Shown here one piece after another: positions 23,350-36,099 of a stretch of 64,000 nt of DNA. Below the pieces are notes generated by a model, which did no database searches, was not told where the DNA came from, and worked only from the letters and a program-made list of their open reading frames with translations. Each line of letters opens with the position of its first letter. Position 1 is the stretch's first letter. Source of the stretch: Lytechinus pictus (lineage: Eukaryota). The translations under genes were made by a program, and so were the position numbers. The stretch is from contig NC_087246.1 in NCBI RefSeq assembly GCF_037042905.1, forward strand, positions 310,001 to 374,000, in the 5' to 3' direction.

Positions 23350-24770
23350 GAACTGAAACTGAAACTTTATTCTGTCGACCCCTTTCGGAGTATGAGAATA
23401 TACACAGTTATACACAGTATACATACGTACATAAATATATACATACATAACAAAACATAAATAAATATAAAAAGCTATAACAAGATGGCAAAAAAAGGTG
23501 AAGAAAGCCATGAATGCAAAAGATAATACTGTTGAACACATGAATAACAAAAAGAGATAGAAAAAGGATATAATAACAGATTAATATACAGGTACATACA
23601 TTTGGTACTTATCTACGTAACTGTGTCATAATAATATTAACAAACTTGGCAAGTTTTGACAGTGTTTTGGGAATTTTAGTATTAAATAGACTATGCATTT
23701 TTAAAGTGTTTGGACGTTTGGCAAACTGAGAGGGAAAATATTTGCTTCTGTCTAATTTGAAGTAAGAACACTCAAATAAATAATGAAATTCATCACCAAT
23801 CTTACCCAGGTTACAAAGATTACATAATCTATTCTGTCTAGGAATACCTTCATAACGACCCTTGACGCAAGGCAAATAATGACTGCCACATCTAAATTTA
23901 CAGAGATATGTTCTAGGCTCTAAGTTATGGGTGTCCTTGAAAATCCTGTAAATTACACATTGGTTATTTTTTAAAATGTCGTGCCAGTCTTGAAAAGCCA
24001 TATCTTTTTGGCGTAATTCTAGAGCAGGGATTAGCCATTTAGGATTTACGTCTTCCTGTTGTGCCCAAACGTTTCCCAACCCACAGGTGTCTAAAATATT
24101 TCTGATTTTGGTGATCCATTTCAAATGAAAGGGTTTATTTATATCATTATGTAAAATGTTAACTAATTTATACAACATATAAGATAATTTTGTTTGTTTC
24201 CCAGTTAATATTCTACACCAGAAGCTTATCATTCTGCTTTCTACCAGTTTTGACAGCTTATAGCGACCAGTTTCACCATAAACAATACAACTCGCTGTAG
24301 ATTTATGAACTCTCAAAATATTCCGTAAAAAATTTCTATAAAATACCTCTATATGCACCAAGTTCTCAAATCCCCATACCTCGCTGCCATACAAAGCGAT
24401 CGGGACTACCAATTTATCAAATAATCACAAGCAATATCAACTGGCAAACTTAGTATCTTGACCTTATTTAGTACACTAAACATCGCTCTTTTTGCCTGGC
24501 TTACTTGTTTTGAGATTGCTTTTTTAAAGTTGCCATTGTAATTGAAAATTACACCAACAGACCAAGGTACACATGCATAATCATCAACAATATCTAAAAC
24601 ATTTTCCCCAAACTTAAAGGTGGGTTTGTTTCAAATTTTACCCCTAGAAAAGACAACCACTTTAGTTTTGCTTGTATTGACAGTAAGATACCATAAGTCA
24701 CAATAGCTACGTAAAGCATCCAGGGATTTTTGGAGTTCTCACGCTCTCACTAACTGACATTACTTTAATC
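23350..24770 (-). mobile_element. 5'-truncated, decayed LINE (RTE-X-like): RT C-terminal part, Cys/His domain and 3' UTR
   Basis: ORF 23609..24412 has LYGSEVWG and FRCGSHYL..GRY..RLCNLC..GDEFHYLFEC. An upstream frame reads ELQKSLDALRSYCDLWYLTVNTSKTKVVVF, followed by a TGA at 24633-24631. The tail is AATAAAG(TTTCAG)n. Confidence 0.87.
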
Positions 24771-25151
24771 ATGTTTAAAACGCTCAATGGGTTGGCAATC
24801 ATCGAAGAGTATCAAAAACACAAGCCTTGGTCGTGTAACTTTGTTTTACCCCTGTTATTCAATAAAGCATTACCTCCCTTTTTAAGGTTGTCTTGTCGTC
24901 ACCCCCATACTCTTAAAACAAATTAGTCAAATTGACTAGACAAGTAGTCAGCTGGGTGCAACTGACATGACAACCACTGATAATCACATTTCTGACATAT
25001 ATTCTAGTCAAATAACTTTGTTCTAGTAAATTACGACAAGAAAATAGTCAAATATCATGACTAGAAAAACAGTTGCACCCACTAAAAAAAAACCTTGTCG
25101 TAAGTTGATTTGCGCGACTTGGAATCATAATCCTCACGGACGCTAATATCA

Positions 25152-25281
25152 GGGTCCCCTAACACAAAAGTTAACGCTTAATCATACACTTGATTTTTAA
25201 GATTGATTGTACATTATAGTCAATAGAATCAAACGTAGAAAACTGCTCTACAATCAATGCTAAGCTTTGTGTTACCGGGGG
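25152..25281. mobile_element. Short degenerate MITE
   Basis: CCCCTAACACAAAAGTTAAC..TTAAT mirrored by ATCAATGCTAAGCTTTGTGTTACCGGGG. Confidence 0.55.
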
Positions 25282-25761
25282 TTACATGCCCTACAGATCT
25301 GCTTTTCGTGTGCAAAATTCTTTCCCGCGACACCCGCACCATACATGCATGTACATTACGACTGATGGCTGGAAATATTCGAAATGCAGGACCTACAATA
25401 GATTATGACATGGATAAGAAAGTGGTTTTTCAAACAAATCGAGTACATATTGAGTGAGGAAAAAGTTACTGAATTAAGGCTTAGATATAGATCATTACAG
25501 TCCATCGAATCGATATTGTATCTAATGTGGATTATTGGTGGATCTCTGGCAATTGATTCCATGGGTCAAATCACCTCTCCAGCCGAAACCATTTCGCATG
25601 CGTTGATTATGTACACAGCATGTATACGTCTGAACACGTACCAGCCAAATTTGCGGGGTTTTTTTCTTTTGTTTACTCCTACACAAACGATATGCCTCCA
25701 GCACACAATGTAATGGGCATTATGTTTTACTTTCCCCAGAAATGGGGATTAGATTCGAATT

Positions 25762-26048
25762 CCCGGGGGGACCACTTCCATTGATAAGTGGATACCAGGC
25801 ACGACCATGCGGTTTCGAAAAGCTACCTAAACAAGGGAATATTATGAAAATGCATCTCTTAACAAGTATTTAGCTTGTGAAACCCTGCAAGTATTGAAAA
25901 CATATCCTCATTTTCAGTATTTTAAACATCGTTTTTGACACCCTTATAACGTTACATAGGCCTATACGTAACGTACTTGCCCACTCTTTCCCTTTTTACG
26001 CTTGGTCGCGCCTGTTATCCACTCTTCAATGGAAGTGGGCCCCCCGGG
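25762..26048. mobile_element. MITE with CCCGGG(G)n termini
   Basis: CCCGGGGGGACCACTTCCATTGA..AGTGGATACCAGGCACGACCA is mirrored at 26003-26048; no clean TSD. Confidence 0.8.
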
Positions 26049-26840
26049 CGGCCTCTCGAGCTCTGGGAGGAACCAAATGTGGCTTTGGAAAGTCGTCCTA
26101 AATTGGATATATCGCTGTTACCATATAGTAGCATCCCGAATTTTGCACCCGAAACGCAGATTGAATGTTTCCGTTCCAGATGCGAAACGAAAAAAAAATC
26201 TCATGTCACACAATTTGCATTGCAGGACAGAGTTTTACGACCATGACGACGGGCCCAAAAGTCTCTTCCAAAATCAACTACCGTCGCAAATAAGCGTTCG
26301 CGTTCTCCAACGAAAGGTCGGGAATAGGTATGACAGTACCGTCTAATCACAATGATCACGTGATTTCTCTCTTTTTCGTATGATATTCTGACAGAGAGAT
26401 CATTGAGCATATGACAGAGGCGGACAAATGATTACCATGAAGGGTGGTAGATAATTACTTTTGAGTAATTATTGATCGTTAGAACTAACATTTGTCTTGT
26501 AATTTTCACATTTAGAAAATAACAGCGTCATTATTATAAGAGTACTTACAGGCCAGGGAATATCCTAGTCTACATTTCCCTAAGTTCGATAAATAAAATG
26601 AGAAAAAAAAATCAAATCCATGTTATTAAACTGTGCTGAAAATTAATGATAGATAATAAACAATAGTTATATAGAAAGTAACCTACAAAACTCATGTAAG
26701 TTCTAAAACAAATAAAAGGGTGGAAATATGCGTGTGTACTGTGAGTACACTGAATAAAGAAATACAAACAAAGAAGTGGCTGGAGATCAGAAACGTAATG
26801 TGCCAAAAAGTTTTGAGGGGGCCAGTCATGGCTTATGGCC

Positions 26841-26842
<2 letters not shown>

Positions 26843-26877
<35 letters not shown>

Positions 26878-26885
26878 ACATCATA
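26843..26885. repeat. (CAT)n microsatellite
   Basis: Direct reading. Confidence 0.9.
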
Positions 26886-27444
26886 TCACCGTCACCCTTA
26901 GCTTTATCATCTTCATCTTCATACTATAAAATTGCATGAATTCATGTTTCGTATTTGAAAATGTATGCCCATTCTGCTTTATAAATGTATTAATTAATTC
27001 TATTAGTATAAGTTTGGGATTGTCATTTTTTTCAAGCAATCTGCTTATGATGACAATCCTTCTCCTGCAAATTGTGAATATCATATAGTTAATCATTTTT
27101 GTCTGAAATTATCTTTTTAATACTCTTTATTTATGATTCATGCCAAAAATACTAGCATATTATGTTTATTATGTTATGAAAAATGTATAATACGAATGTT
27201 ATGGATGCAGAAGAAAACAATAAATCAAATCAAATCAAATTTCTTTAAAACAAACCTACGAGCGAGGAAAAATGTTGACCACGTTTTTTCAAATCAACTT
27301 TGTGATAGATTTTGACATAATATTCAATAACAGACATCAAATACACCCTTTTCATGGGTGTCGATCGGTGTTCATGGGGGGGGGGGGGTTAACACAATTA
27401 TATTTTTCTGTGAAGATTTTTTGGTCTGTGTATTTGGGGTGTGT

Positions 27445-27446
27445 CA

Positions 27447-27486
<40 letters not shown>

Positions 27487-27685
27487 TATTATTACTATTA
27501 TCATTATTGTTGTTGTTGTTGTCTTACCTTAAATTATCGGGGGACGATAACACAGGCCATACAAAGAGATGGAAGAGAAGAAGAGGAAGAAGAGGAAGAA
27601 GAAGAAGGAGAAGAAGAAGAAGAAAGAAGAAAAGGAGGAGGCGGAAAAGAAGAAAAAGATGAAGAAGAAGAAGAAGAAGAAAAAG
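27445..27685. repeat. (ATT)n/(GTT)n and (GAA)n microsatellites
   Basis: Direct reading; source of the poly-I/Y/L/E/R ORFs. Confidence 0.9.
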
Positions 27686-28756
27686 AGGGGGGAATAAGAA
27701 AAAGTCAAGTTGGTGATTGAAGGAGGATTAAAAGAGGTGATATCTCTCCTGTCTTGAGTAAATCATTTTTCATCACGCACTTTAACATCTTGATGCGACC
27801 CTTGAACGTACTATTGCGTAACGTGTTTTTTTTTAATATATACTCTTTTACATGGAAGGACAAAAAGATCATTGCAAACCATATTTGAGAGGGGCTTGCC
27901 TGCACTTTAAAAACAATTTACTCAAATCTGAATACATACCATAATTATAGCTACTTTGGGAAATTAATTATTGGGCAATAAGCATGATATCCAACATAAT
28001 GTATTATAGTCTCTTACATCTGAAAGGGGAAGTGCACGCTGATGATAAGTTGGTTTTAATAAAAATAGAGAAAATATTGGTAAAGGTTCGATGAAAATCC
28101 ATCAAAGAATGAGAGAATATGATTAATATTTAAAAGTGTGTTATAACATGGACCTACTAGGTCCATGGTTATACTTTGTAATGTTATATGCGAGAAGCTC
28201 CCCCATATTATAACTTGTAATATAAATATCATAAATTCCATTTTATATGAAACTTCATGAACATAAATATTTTTTTCCTATAGAAGGGGGTGTGGTATAT
28301 CGTGTCTGATCATATATTCATCTCACAAATAAACTGCTTTCATTTTTTTGTTAGAAAATGACATTTGTTTTGTATGATATCACACAACATGTTGACCGCG
28401 TGTTAAGGACCTAACTCCGTCTGTGACATTACAAAATGAAAGAAAATTCATAACTCAGTTTTTCTTAGACTGATTTCATCAACCCTCGAACAATATGATT
28501 ATAAGTGGTATAGTGCATAAAGTAATGACTACATCTGAGATGAGCGGTGTAGTAGCCCAACCATAGACCTATCATCCCAACATGGTAGTTCTATGCCCCA
28601 GTATGCACCTGTTAGTACCTCTGTATTTATATCTGATCACGTGTAGTCAAGCATTATAACTTCATTCATTTCACGGCGATGAAATGTACCTTTAGGCTCT
28701 AATCTTCGATCATCCTTCCTGGAAAGAGAAGCTGGATGGAAAAGTGTATCACAAAA

Positions 28757-30936
28757 CATAGGCGGATCCAGGGGGGCCGAGGGGCCCGTGCCCCCCTATT
28801 GGCGGAGCAAAAAAAAAGAAAAAAAAGGAAAGAAAGAAAAAAAAGGGGAAAAGGAGGGAAAAGAGAGGGGAAAAAAGAAGAGGAGGAAGACGAGTTGAAT
28901 ACAATAAGATGAGGGGAAGACTTGGAAAATAAAAAGAATCTTTCATGTCACTGTATAAAATTTTCGCTCGCGCTTCGCGCTCGCATTGCCTGTTAGGTGA
29001 TTTTCATATCTTGTTCAATATGGAGTTCAAATATCAAGTTTGGAAGTCAATATACAAAACATATTTCACCTCGGAAATCGCACTTCCATTATTTTGTGTG
29101 ATTTACAAATTGTTTTTAAAAAGTGCTCGGTAAAAATGTCAGTTTTATGGTCTGAATATTAACATTTTCTGCTCCTGCTGCGCGCTCGCAAATTTTGATT
29201 TATCAGGTACCTATCATTTTTGTGTATTCCATAAAGTTTTCAAAATATCCATTTTCAGGTCTGATTGTCTAAACGTATCAGCTAGCGCTGCACGCTCGCA
29301 TTTTGATTGGCGAGTTATGGATGTCTCAATATTGATTATACAACAAACTACTTGAACTCCACTTTTCATGACAGTTTAACAAAAAAAATTTGGGTCGCGA
29401 TTTTCGCTTGCACTAATGGTTAAAATATATTAACTTGATGCATCCTATTTATAATTACAAAAGTGCTTGAAATGTCCAGTTTTTAGGCCATAATATCATC
29501 ATATTTTGCGCCCTCATTAGGCATTAATGAATAAGATATTAATTTAATAATTAAATTGTCCTTTGTTTCATCTCGCACTTAGCTAGAGGAAAAGGAAGAT
29601 AGTCATCATTTTCATATGCATGTCTTCAGGATGTCCCGGTCCTATGTTAAAACTCAAAGTAACAATAATGATTAAAAATATCAGCTTTCTATTGAGTGCG
29701 ATCTATATCCACCTCACAATTTTCCTACAAAGTGCTTGAAATATAAAGCTGAAATTGACTCTTTTTCAGATCGGAATATCAAATAGTTTAATCTCGCTTC
29801 GCACTCGCTTTGATTTTCATGATAAAAGGTGTATTTAGAATGCCTAGATTCTAGGTCTAAATATGAAACACGCGCGCGCATGTTACTTTATTCAGATAGT
29901 CAACTTGTTCTCTACTTAAATCATTGTCCAGTTTCAGATCACAATATCATAAATTTTCTGCTCGCGCTTTGTGCTCGCATTATTAATGTAGGAAGATCCT
30001 CTATTACTCATTCTTTTCATGATTTACAAAACATGAATAGAGTGTCCCGTTTTTAGGTCTAAATCTCGATTTTTTTCCGCTCGCGCTTCGCGCTCGCATC
30101 AATTGTTTAGTTATATACCTATTCTGTTCACGATTACAAAAATTGATTAAAATTTTACATTCTTTATGTAGAAATGTCAATTTTTTCAGCTCACGCTTGC
30201 ATTATTTGACTGTTGAAATATGTAACGTCTTCATGGCTTAGTGCAAGCAGTCCTTAACAGGTACATTTTCGATCAGTTCAAAACGTATATAAACATTTTT
30301 AAAATCCCCAATTACTCATCCTTTTCATGATTTACAAAACTTGTATAGAGTGTCTCGTTCAGCAGGTCTAAATCTCGAAATTTCCCGCTCGCGCTTCGCG
30401 CTCACATCAATTGTTTAGTTATGTATCTATTCTGTTTAACTTAGAAACAGTGCTTAGAATTTCCATTCTTTAGGTAAAAATGTCGAAAAAATTTCTGATC
30501 GCGCTTCGCGCTCGCATTAATTGTTTTTTTTTTAATATGTAATGTCTTCATGGCTAACTGCAAGCAGTCTTTTACATTACTTTTTCCATCAGTTCGTTTC
30601 TGCTCGCGCTTCACGTTCGTAGTAATTATTTAGTTGTATACACATCTTTTCAGGATAACAAACATTGCCCAGAATGTTCAAAATTTTAGAAAAAAATACA
30701 TTTCCAAAAAAATTTAGCTCGCGCTTCGCGCTCGCATTACGTGTATATAAATAAGGATTATGGTATTATATATTTATGTTTATTCATAAGAATATAAAGC
30801 TAAGAAGTGACTTTTAGGACCACCCCTTCAAAGAAACCAAAAATCATCTTCGAGCGGCCGATCGGGGAAAATATGGCTGAAAAAAATTCCGGGCCCCCCC
30901 CCCCCTCCCTATTGGCGAAGGCTGGATCCGCCCCTG
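28757..30936. mobile_element. Non-autonomous hAT-like element (2.2 kb) with GCTCGCGCTTCGCGCTCGC subrepeats
   Basis: CATAGGCGGATCCAG ... CTGGATCCGCCCCTG termini; CCCCTATTGGCG near both ends. Flanks share only CAAAA, with no clean 8-bp TSD. Confidence 0.85.
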
Positions 30937-31219
30937 CAAAAAGAGGATGAACCAACATAAAGTCAAATCGTTCCCAACAGAATGTTCAGAATATACACAG
31001 CTTTACCACAAAAGGACTACATTATAGAAGTGTGTATTTTAGAGATTAGAAAGTTAAAGTGTCACCTTTGCATTTTTTTTAAACACATCTTTCGCTGGTT
31101 GTGTAGCGATGCGTGCGTTATTTATTAACGATCATTAAGGGTGTAAAAAGCACTTAAATCGGGGAAAACACGGGAAAAGATAAGTTAACTGCAATGTTGA
31201 AAGAATGATAGTAATCATA

Positions 31220-32820
31220 CGAGTATTTGGGGGCGCCTCGGGGCCGGGCCCTCCGGGTAAGCGAAAAGGGGCGACAAAAAGGGGAAGAGGAGAGAAGAAA
31301 AGAAAAAGGAGAGAAAAGGGGGGAATAAAGAGAGAAGGAAAAAAGGAAGAAGGGAGGGGGAGAAAAGAAAGGGAAAAAAGAAGGTGAAAGAAGAAAAGGG
31401 GGTAATAAAAGAGCGAGGGCGCCAATTTGATGTTGACCTGAAGGCTCTGATGTTCGACCTATAAGAGGCGCCAAATTCATGCAAGACCTTTGGGGCGCCA
31501 ATTTGATGTTTGACCGGGAGGGCGAATAATTCATGTCCAATCGAGGGTGCGAAGCAAATTGTTTTTTAAGTAATATTTTTGCTTTAAAATGTAAAATTTT
31601 GTTATTATGGAAGATATTTTTTTCGATTACGATTAGAGGAGAGTAAATTGAATGACTCTTAAACATCCAGCGAGTTTATGAAATCACAAATGCTAAAGGG
31701 TGACAGCAATGCTTTATTGGACCTCTATTATTATTACATATATAATCTGTTATTGTATATGTCTATTGCATAATACACATATATATATTATCCATATTAA
31801 TCATATTTCATGAAAGTATTTAACTTGAAGAAAATTCGACAGATCAAGACTGAAAATAGTCAGAGATTCAAATAAGTAGTCTATCATTACTTAATTAGCG
31901 GTTTGTAGTGAAAACAAAATCTAGATAAACAATTTTAATTTGTAAGCTTTCGATTGTTTTGTATTTTAATGATTACCAGCACGATAATTTTGTAAACTTT
32001 CCTTTCCGTATTAGAAAGACAGCTTTAAGACGATGCATAATATGAGATAAAATGATATGATATGATATAAAATTCTTGAAACACCTGTTTCAAAACTGAC
32101 AATCAACCTGTCATGTATATACATGTGATCGTTTCCAATAGTGGAGACGGATATATTTTGACTAGGTTTAGCACTCTGAGAAATGTGAAGCAATATATAT
32201 CTACTTCGAATAAACAACCCCCCCCCCCACCACCACCACCAAATGGCGGCGCAAAAAATAATAAAAAGATAGGGAGAAAGAGAAAGAAAGAGGAGGGATA
32301 TCGATGAAAGTGAATTAAATAAGGGGAGGGAAATGGAAAATAGACGACCTTTCCGGTCATTATTTAAAAATATAAATTTGGCGCGAGCATTGCCAGTTTA
32401 GGGAGAAAATAATCTTCTCAAGAACATGGGGCATAAAATATCCCGTTTTAAAGTCAATGTGCACAGATTCTTTTGCTAGGAATTCGAGATTTCATTAAAG
32501 ACCTACTGTGTTTTAGCAAGATATTCTTTTAAAAAGTGCTTAGAATGTCCAGATGTGAGGTCAGAATAATTAATTGTTTAATTAATATCATTGTTTAAAT
32601 GAATACCCATCCTTTCCATGGTTACAAAAAGTGCTTAGAATTTCCAGTATTGGTCGGAATATAACAAATTTTCAGCTGCGCTTCGCGCTCGGATCGAATG
32701 ATTAGCTAAATGCCCATCCTGTTCATGATTACCAAAAGTGCTTATGTCAAATTTTATAGTGGTTTAACTACCAACCCACCCCCTCCATATTCAATATGCA
32801 ATACCCTCGCTCGCTTAATG
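31220..32820. mobile_element. Degenerate fragments of the same purine-tract / GCGCTTCGCGCTC element group
   Basis: GGCGCCAA subrepeats and purine tracts. AAAAGTGCTTAGAAT and GCGCTTCGCGCTC motifs are shared with 28757-30936. Boundaries are approximate. Confidence 0.5.
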
Positions 32821-33321
32821 AAAGAAACAAGAATGTTTTAAAACTAGAGTCAGAACTGTGATGGTTTAATTTACAAAATTATCACAGACATTTCTTCTTA
32901 ATGTGTTCAGTTTGCATGCTTCGACCCTCTTCCGTCGAAGTTTATTTCATGTTCTCATTTTCTGGCTCAAAATTTTTATCGATTCAAAGGCTGAAAATCA
33001 AAAAATTCACAAAATCCCTAAATAATCTTGAAAAATTTATTGGAGCTGCAAGCGGTTCATCTCGCTGTAATCATGATAATGATCATTGTAACGCTCTCAA
33101 TCATGGTTCATTTACGGACGTGATCTGATGCTAACTCAAATATTTGCTGTGATATCATGGATATCGACATCAAATAGCTTTCGCAGCGTTCTTCTAAAGT
33201 CATATTTGTGCAAATAAAATCTGCAATTATATGAAATAATTAATTGATATGATAAGTATATTTGGTCACACGCCATAGATGTTGAAGAAAGTCTGTGATC
33301 TCCAAATCCTTTCTCCTCCTC

Positions 33322-33414
33322 TCCACCACCACCTCCACCATAATTCTCATCGTCACCGTCGTCGTCATCGTCATCATCGTCATCATCATCATCATCACCA
33401 TCATCATCACCATC

Positions 33415-33446
<32 letters not shown>

Positions 33447-33672
33447 CACCATCATCACCATCACCACCACTATCATCATCGTCGTCGTCATCATCATCTT
33501 CTTCTTCTCCTTTATCTTCATCACCATCATCATCATCATCATCATTCTCATCATCATCCTTATCATCTTCAGCCTCATTTTCTCCTCCTACTATACTCTT
33601 CTTCCTCCTCATCATCTTCAACAGTATGTTCATTATCTTATCATAATTTGCGTCCGCATCTATCATTATCAT
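33322..33672. repeat. (CAT/CAC/CGT)n compound trinucleotide repeat
   Basis: Direct reading; produces poly-D/H/M/I ORFs in several frames. Confidence 0.9.
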
Positions 33673-35072
33673 TTACATTATTTGTCCTCTAACCTGAATA
33701 AAACCATTTATCATCATTATTAATACTCGAAACAGTGATGTGAATGTATCATTTATATCTACATGTACTTTATGATATCAGTTTACCTGATTGCCACAGT
33801 ACCAATGGGAATCATTTCTATTTTCAATATTTATTTATAAGCTATCACATGACCATTTTTTTTTAGAGAGAGAGAGAGTTATATTAGCAATATAATTGAT
33901 TTGAGTGCCCACACCGTGAAAGGGTTATGCCTCGAGTTCGCCTTCCCTATCTGTTTTATTTTTTTATTATTTTCTTCACACATGAGACATTCGCATCGCG
34001 ACGCCACTAATCATGGTCTACATGCTTTCACTCCATGCGTTCTTCCTACCAAGAAATTGACGACCAGGACACGGGCGAGGTTCGGGTCGATACTCGCTCG
34101 CGTTACCCCAAGCGAACTAACACTATAACCACCTGCTCTTTGCCTCTTCAATCGCGTCCGTCCCGTCAACCAACAAGAAGACCTCTTCGCTCTGATAAAA
34201 CCTTTCAGACATCTACAAGAAAATCAAAACAAGGAATAAGTCCATATTCGACGAAAGACATGTACGTGATTGATTACCATGTAAATCAATAATCCCTCTA
34301 CCTTATATCAGGGTCCATGCTTATAGGTTCTCACGGTTCGTTCTGTCAGAATGGCAAATTTGTATGCTCATAAGGAAAAAAATCATTGATGAAAAAATAT
34401 TTGCTTTCTTGTAGCTTAGCAGATAGTTCCTACATTTGCCCGTCTGTGTTTTATTTGTATTCCCCAAGGGTCGAGATCATTAATATTTGATGATCAAATA
34501 AAAGTTTTCTGTCGCACGTACAGACAGAATAGAAAGATCGTGAGCAATATAATGATATTGCTCAGGGGACAAGATAGATGCAGCTATGAAAACCATGCTA
34601 CTGTGTCAATTTCAAATCGTTATTCAAGGGATCTTATCGCGTGATTTTTACAAGATTTTTCTAATAATAAGAGAATTGGTGTGACAGGTTTAAATGTGAA
34701 AATTAGAAGACTGGTAGGCCTATACAGTTATGGTTACAGATAAGAAATTAGACAACAGAGATTTCATGTAGAGAAAGACGGGAGAGGGACGCCCATTGGG
34801 ACAATTATATAAAGTGAAATTTATGAAAGAGATGAAAAAATGGGAATACATTTTTTAAAGTCACTGAATGATTTAGCTAAATGTGTATATTATGAAACGA
34901 GGGGAGAGGAGATAGAGAGACGTGAGTAGAGGGCGATGAAGGGATGAAGAAAATATAATACTCGTGTCACGATCACACATGAAGCTATTGAGATCTAATC
35001 AAGCAAATGTATTTTTTTATTCACAATGATTCACAAACTGTTGTGAAGCTGACATAGATATTTCAAATCTTT

Positions 35073-35332
35073 TTAACACGACCCCTACGAAGATATCTCA
35101 CATATCTTTAACACGACCCTTCACAAAGATATCTGGCATCTCTTTAACACGACGCCTTACAAAGAAATCTTACATCCCTTAAAAAACGGCCCCTCACGAA
35201 GATATCTCACATCTCTTTAACACGACCCCTCATGGAGATATCTTACATTTCTTTAACACGACCCCTTACGGAGATATCTTACATCTCTTTAAAATGACCC
35301 CTCACGAAGATAATACACGACCCCTTGCGAAG
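35073..35332. repeat. Minisatellite, ~36-bp unit, about 7 copies
   Basis: Consensus TTTAACACGACCCCTCACGAAGATATCTCACATCTC repeated head to tail. Confidence 0.9.
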
Positions 35333-36099
35333 AAAGAAGAATAGGAGCATCGTGTTCGATGAATCTCAGGTGGAGCAAAAATCGAAACGTAATTTCACGG
35401 TGATTGGCCAGTTCATATTGGTGAGTCTCATTCAATCTTCACAACCACCACCATCATCATCGTATATCCCCACTACTCTATGTCTCTGTCTGTTTGTATC
35501 CACCCCCCCCCCCCCCCATCTTCCTCTATACCTTCCCCTCTCTCCGTGTTTTCAGCTATGTTGATATCTTCAATAGATCGTTTCTTACATTTTTTTTCAT
35601 TTGACAACTATCCTATTTCTCAGTCTCCATCTCTCTCTTTCTCCCCCTCTCTCTCCTTCTCTCTCTCTTCTTTCAGTCATTTTTATTTCCCATTTCTTTT
35701 TTTATAACGTCACAATGTAATTGATAATGTACAGTTGTATACATATCGCTTTTCAGCTTGCCACTTCTCACTATTTTCTTCTTGTCTATAATACACAACA
35801 TTCATTCACAAACGCATTGAAAATATCAAACGCATAATAAATGTGAAGTCATTATTATCACTAACTTAATAACACAATTAAAGACATGGATTTTAAATGA
35901 AGAAGTCAGGTAACTTTAATCATTTAAATTAAATAATTATACAAAGTCAAATAGTACATACATATCTGTCTCACAAAAACATGACAATACTGAGAGAAAG
36001 TGATAGAGAGAATAAAATAAAGAAAAGAATGGCAGAGAAAAAAACAACATGAAAATATATTGAAACATTTTAAGAAATAAAACATAAATATATTATTCT

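Noticed and set aside
27272..27720. Poly-I/Y/L/E/R ORFs
   Set aside because: Microsatellite-derived.
33136..33723. Poly-Asp/His/Met/Ile ORFs
   Set aside because: Artefacts of a trinucleotide repeat open in several frames.
35073..35332. CRISPR-like array (36-bp period)
   Set aside because: Units are contiguous with no unique spacers, there are no cas genes, and the context is eukaryotic; it is a minisatellite.
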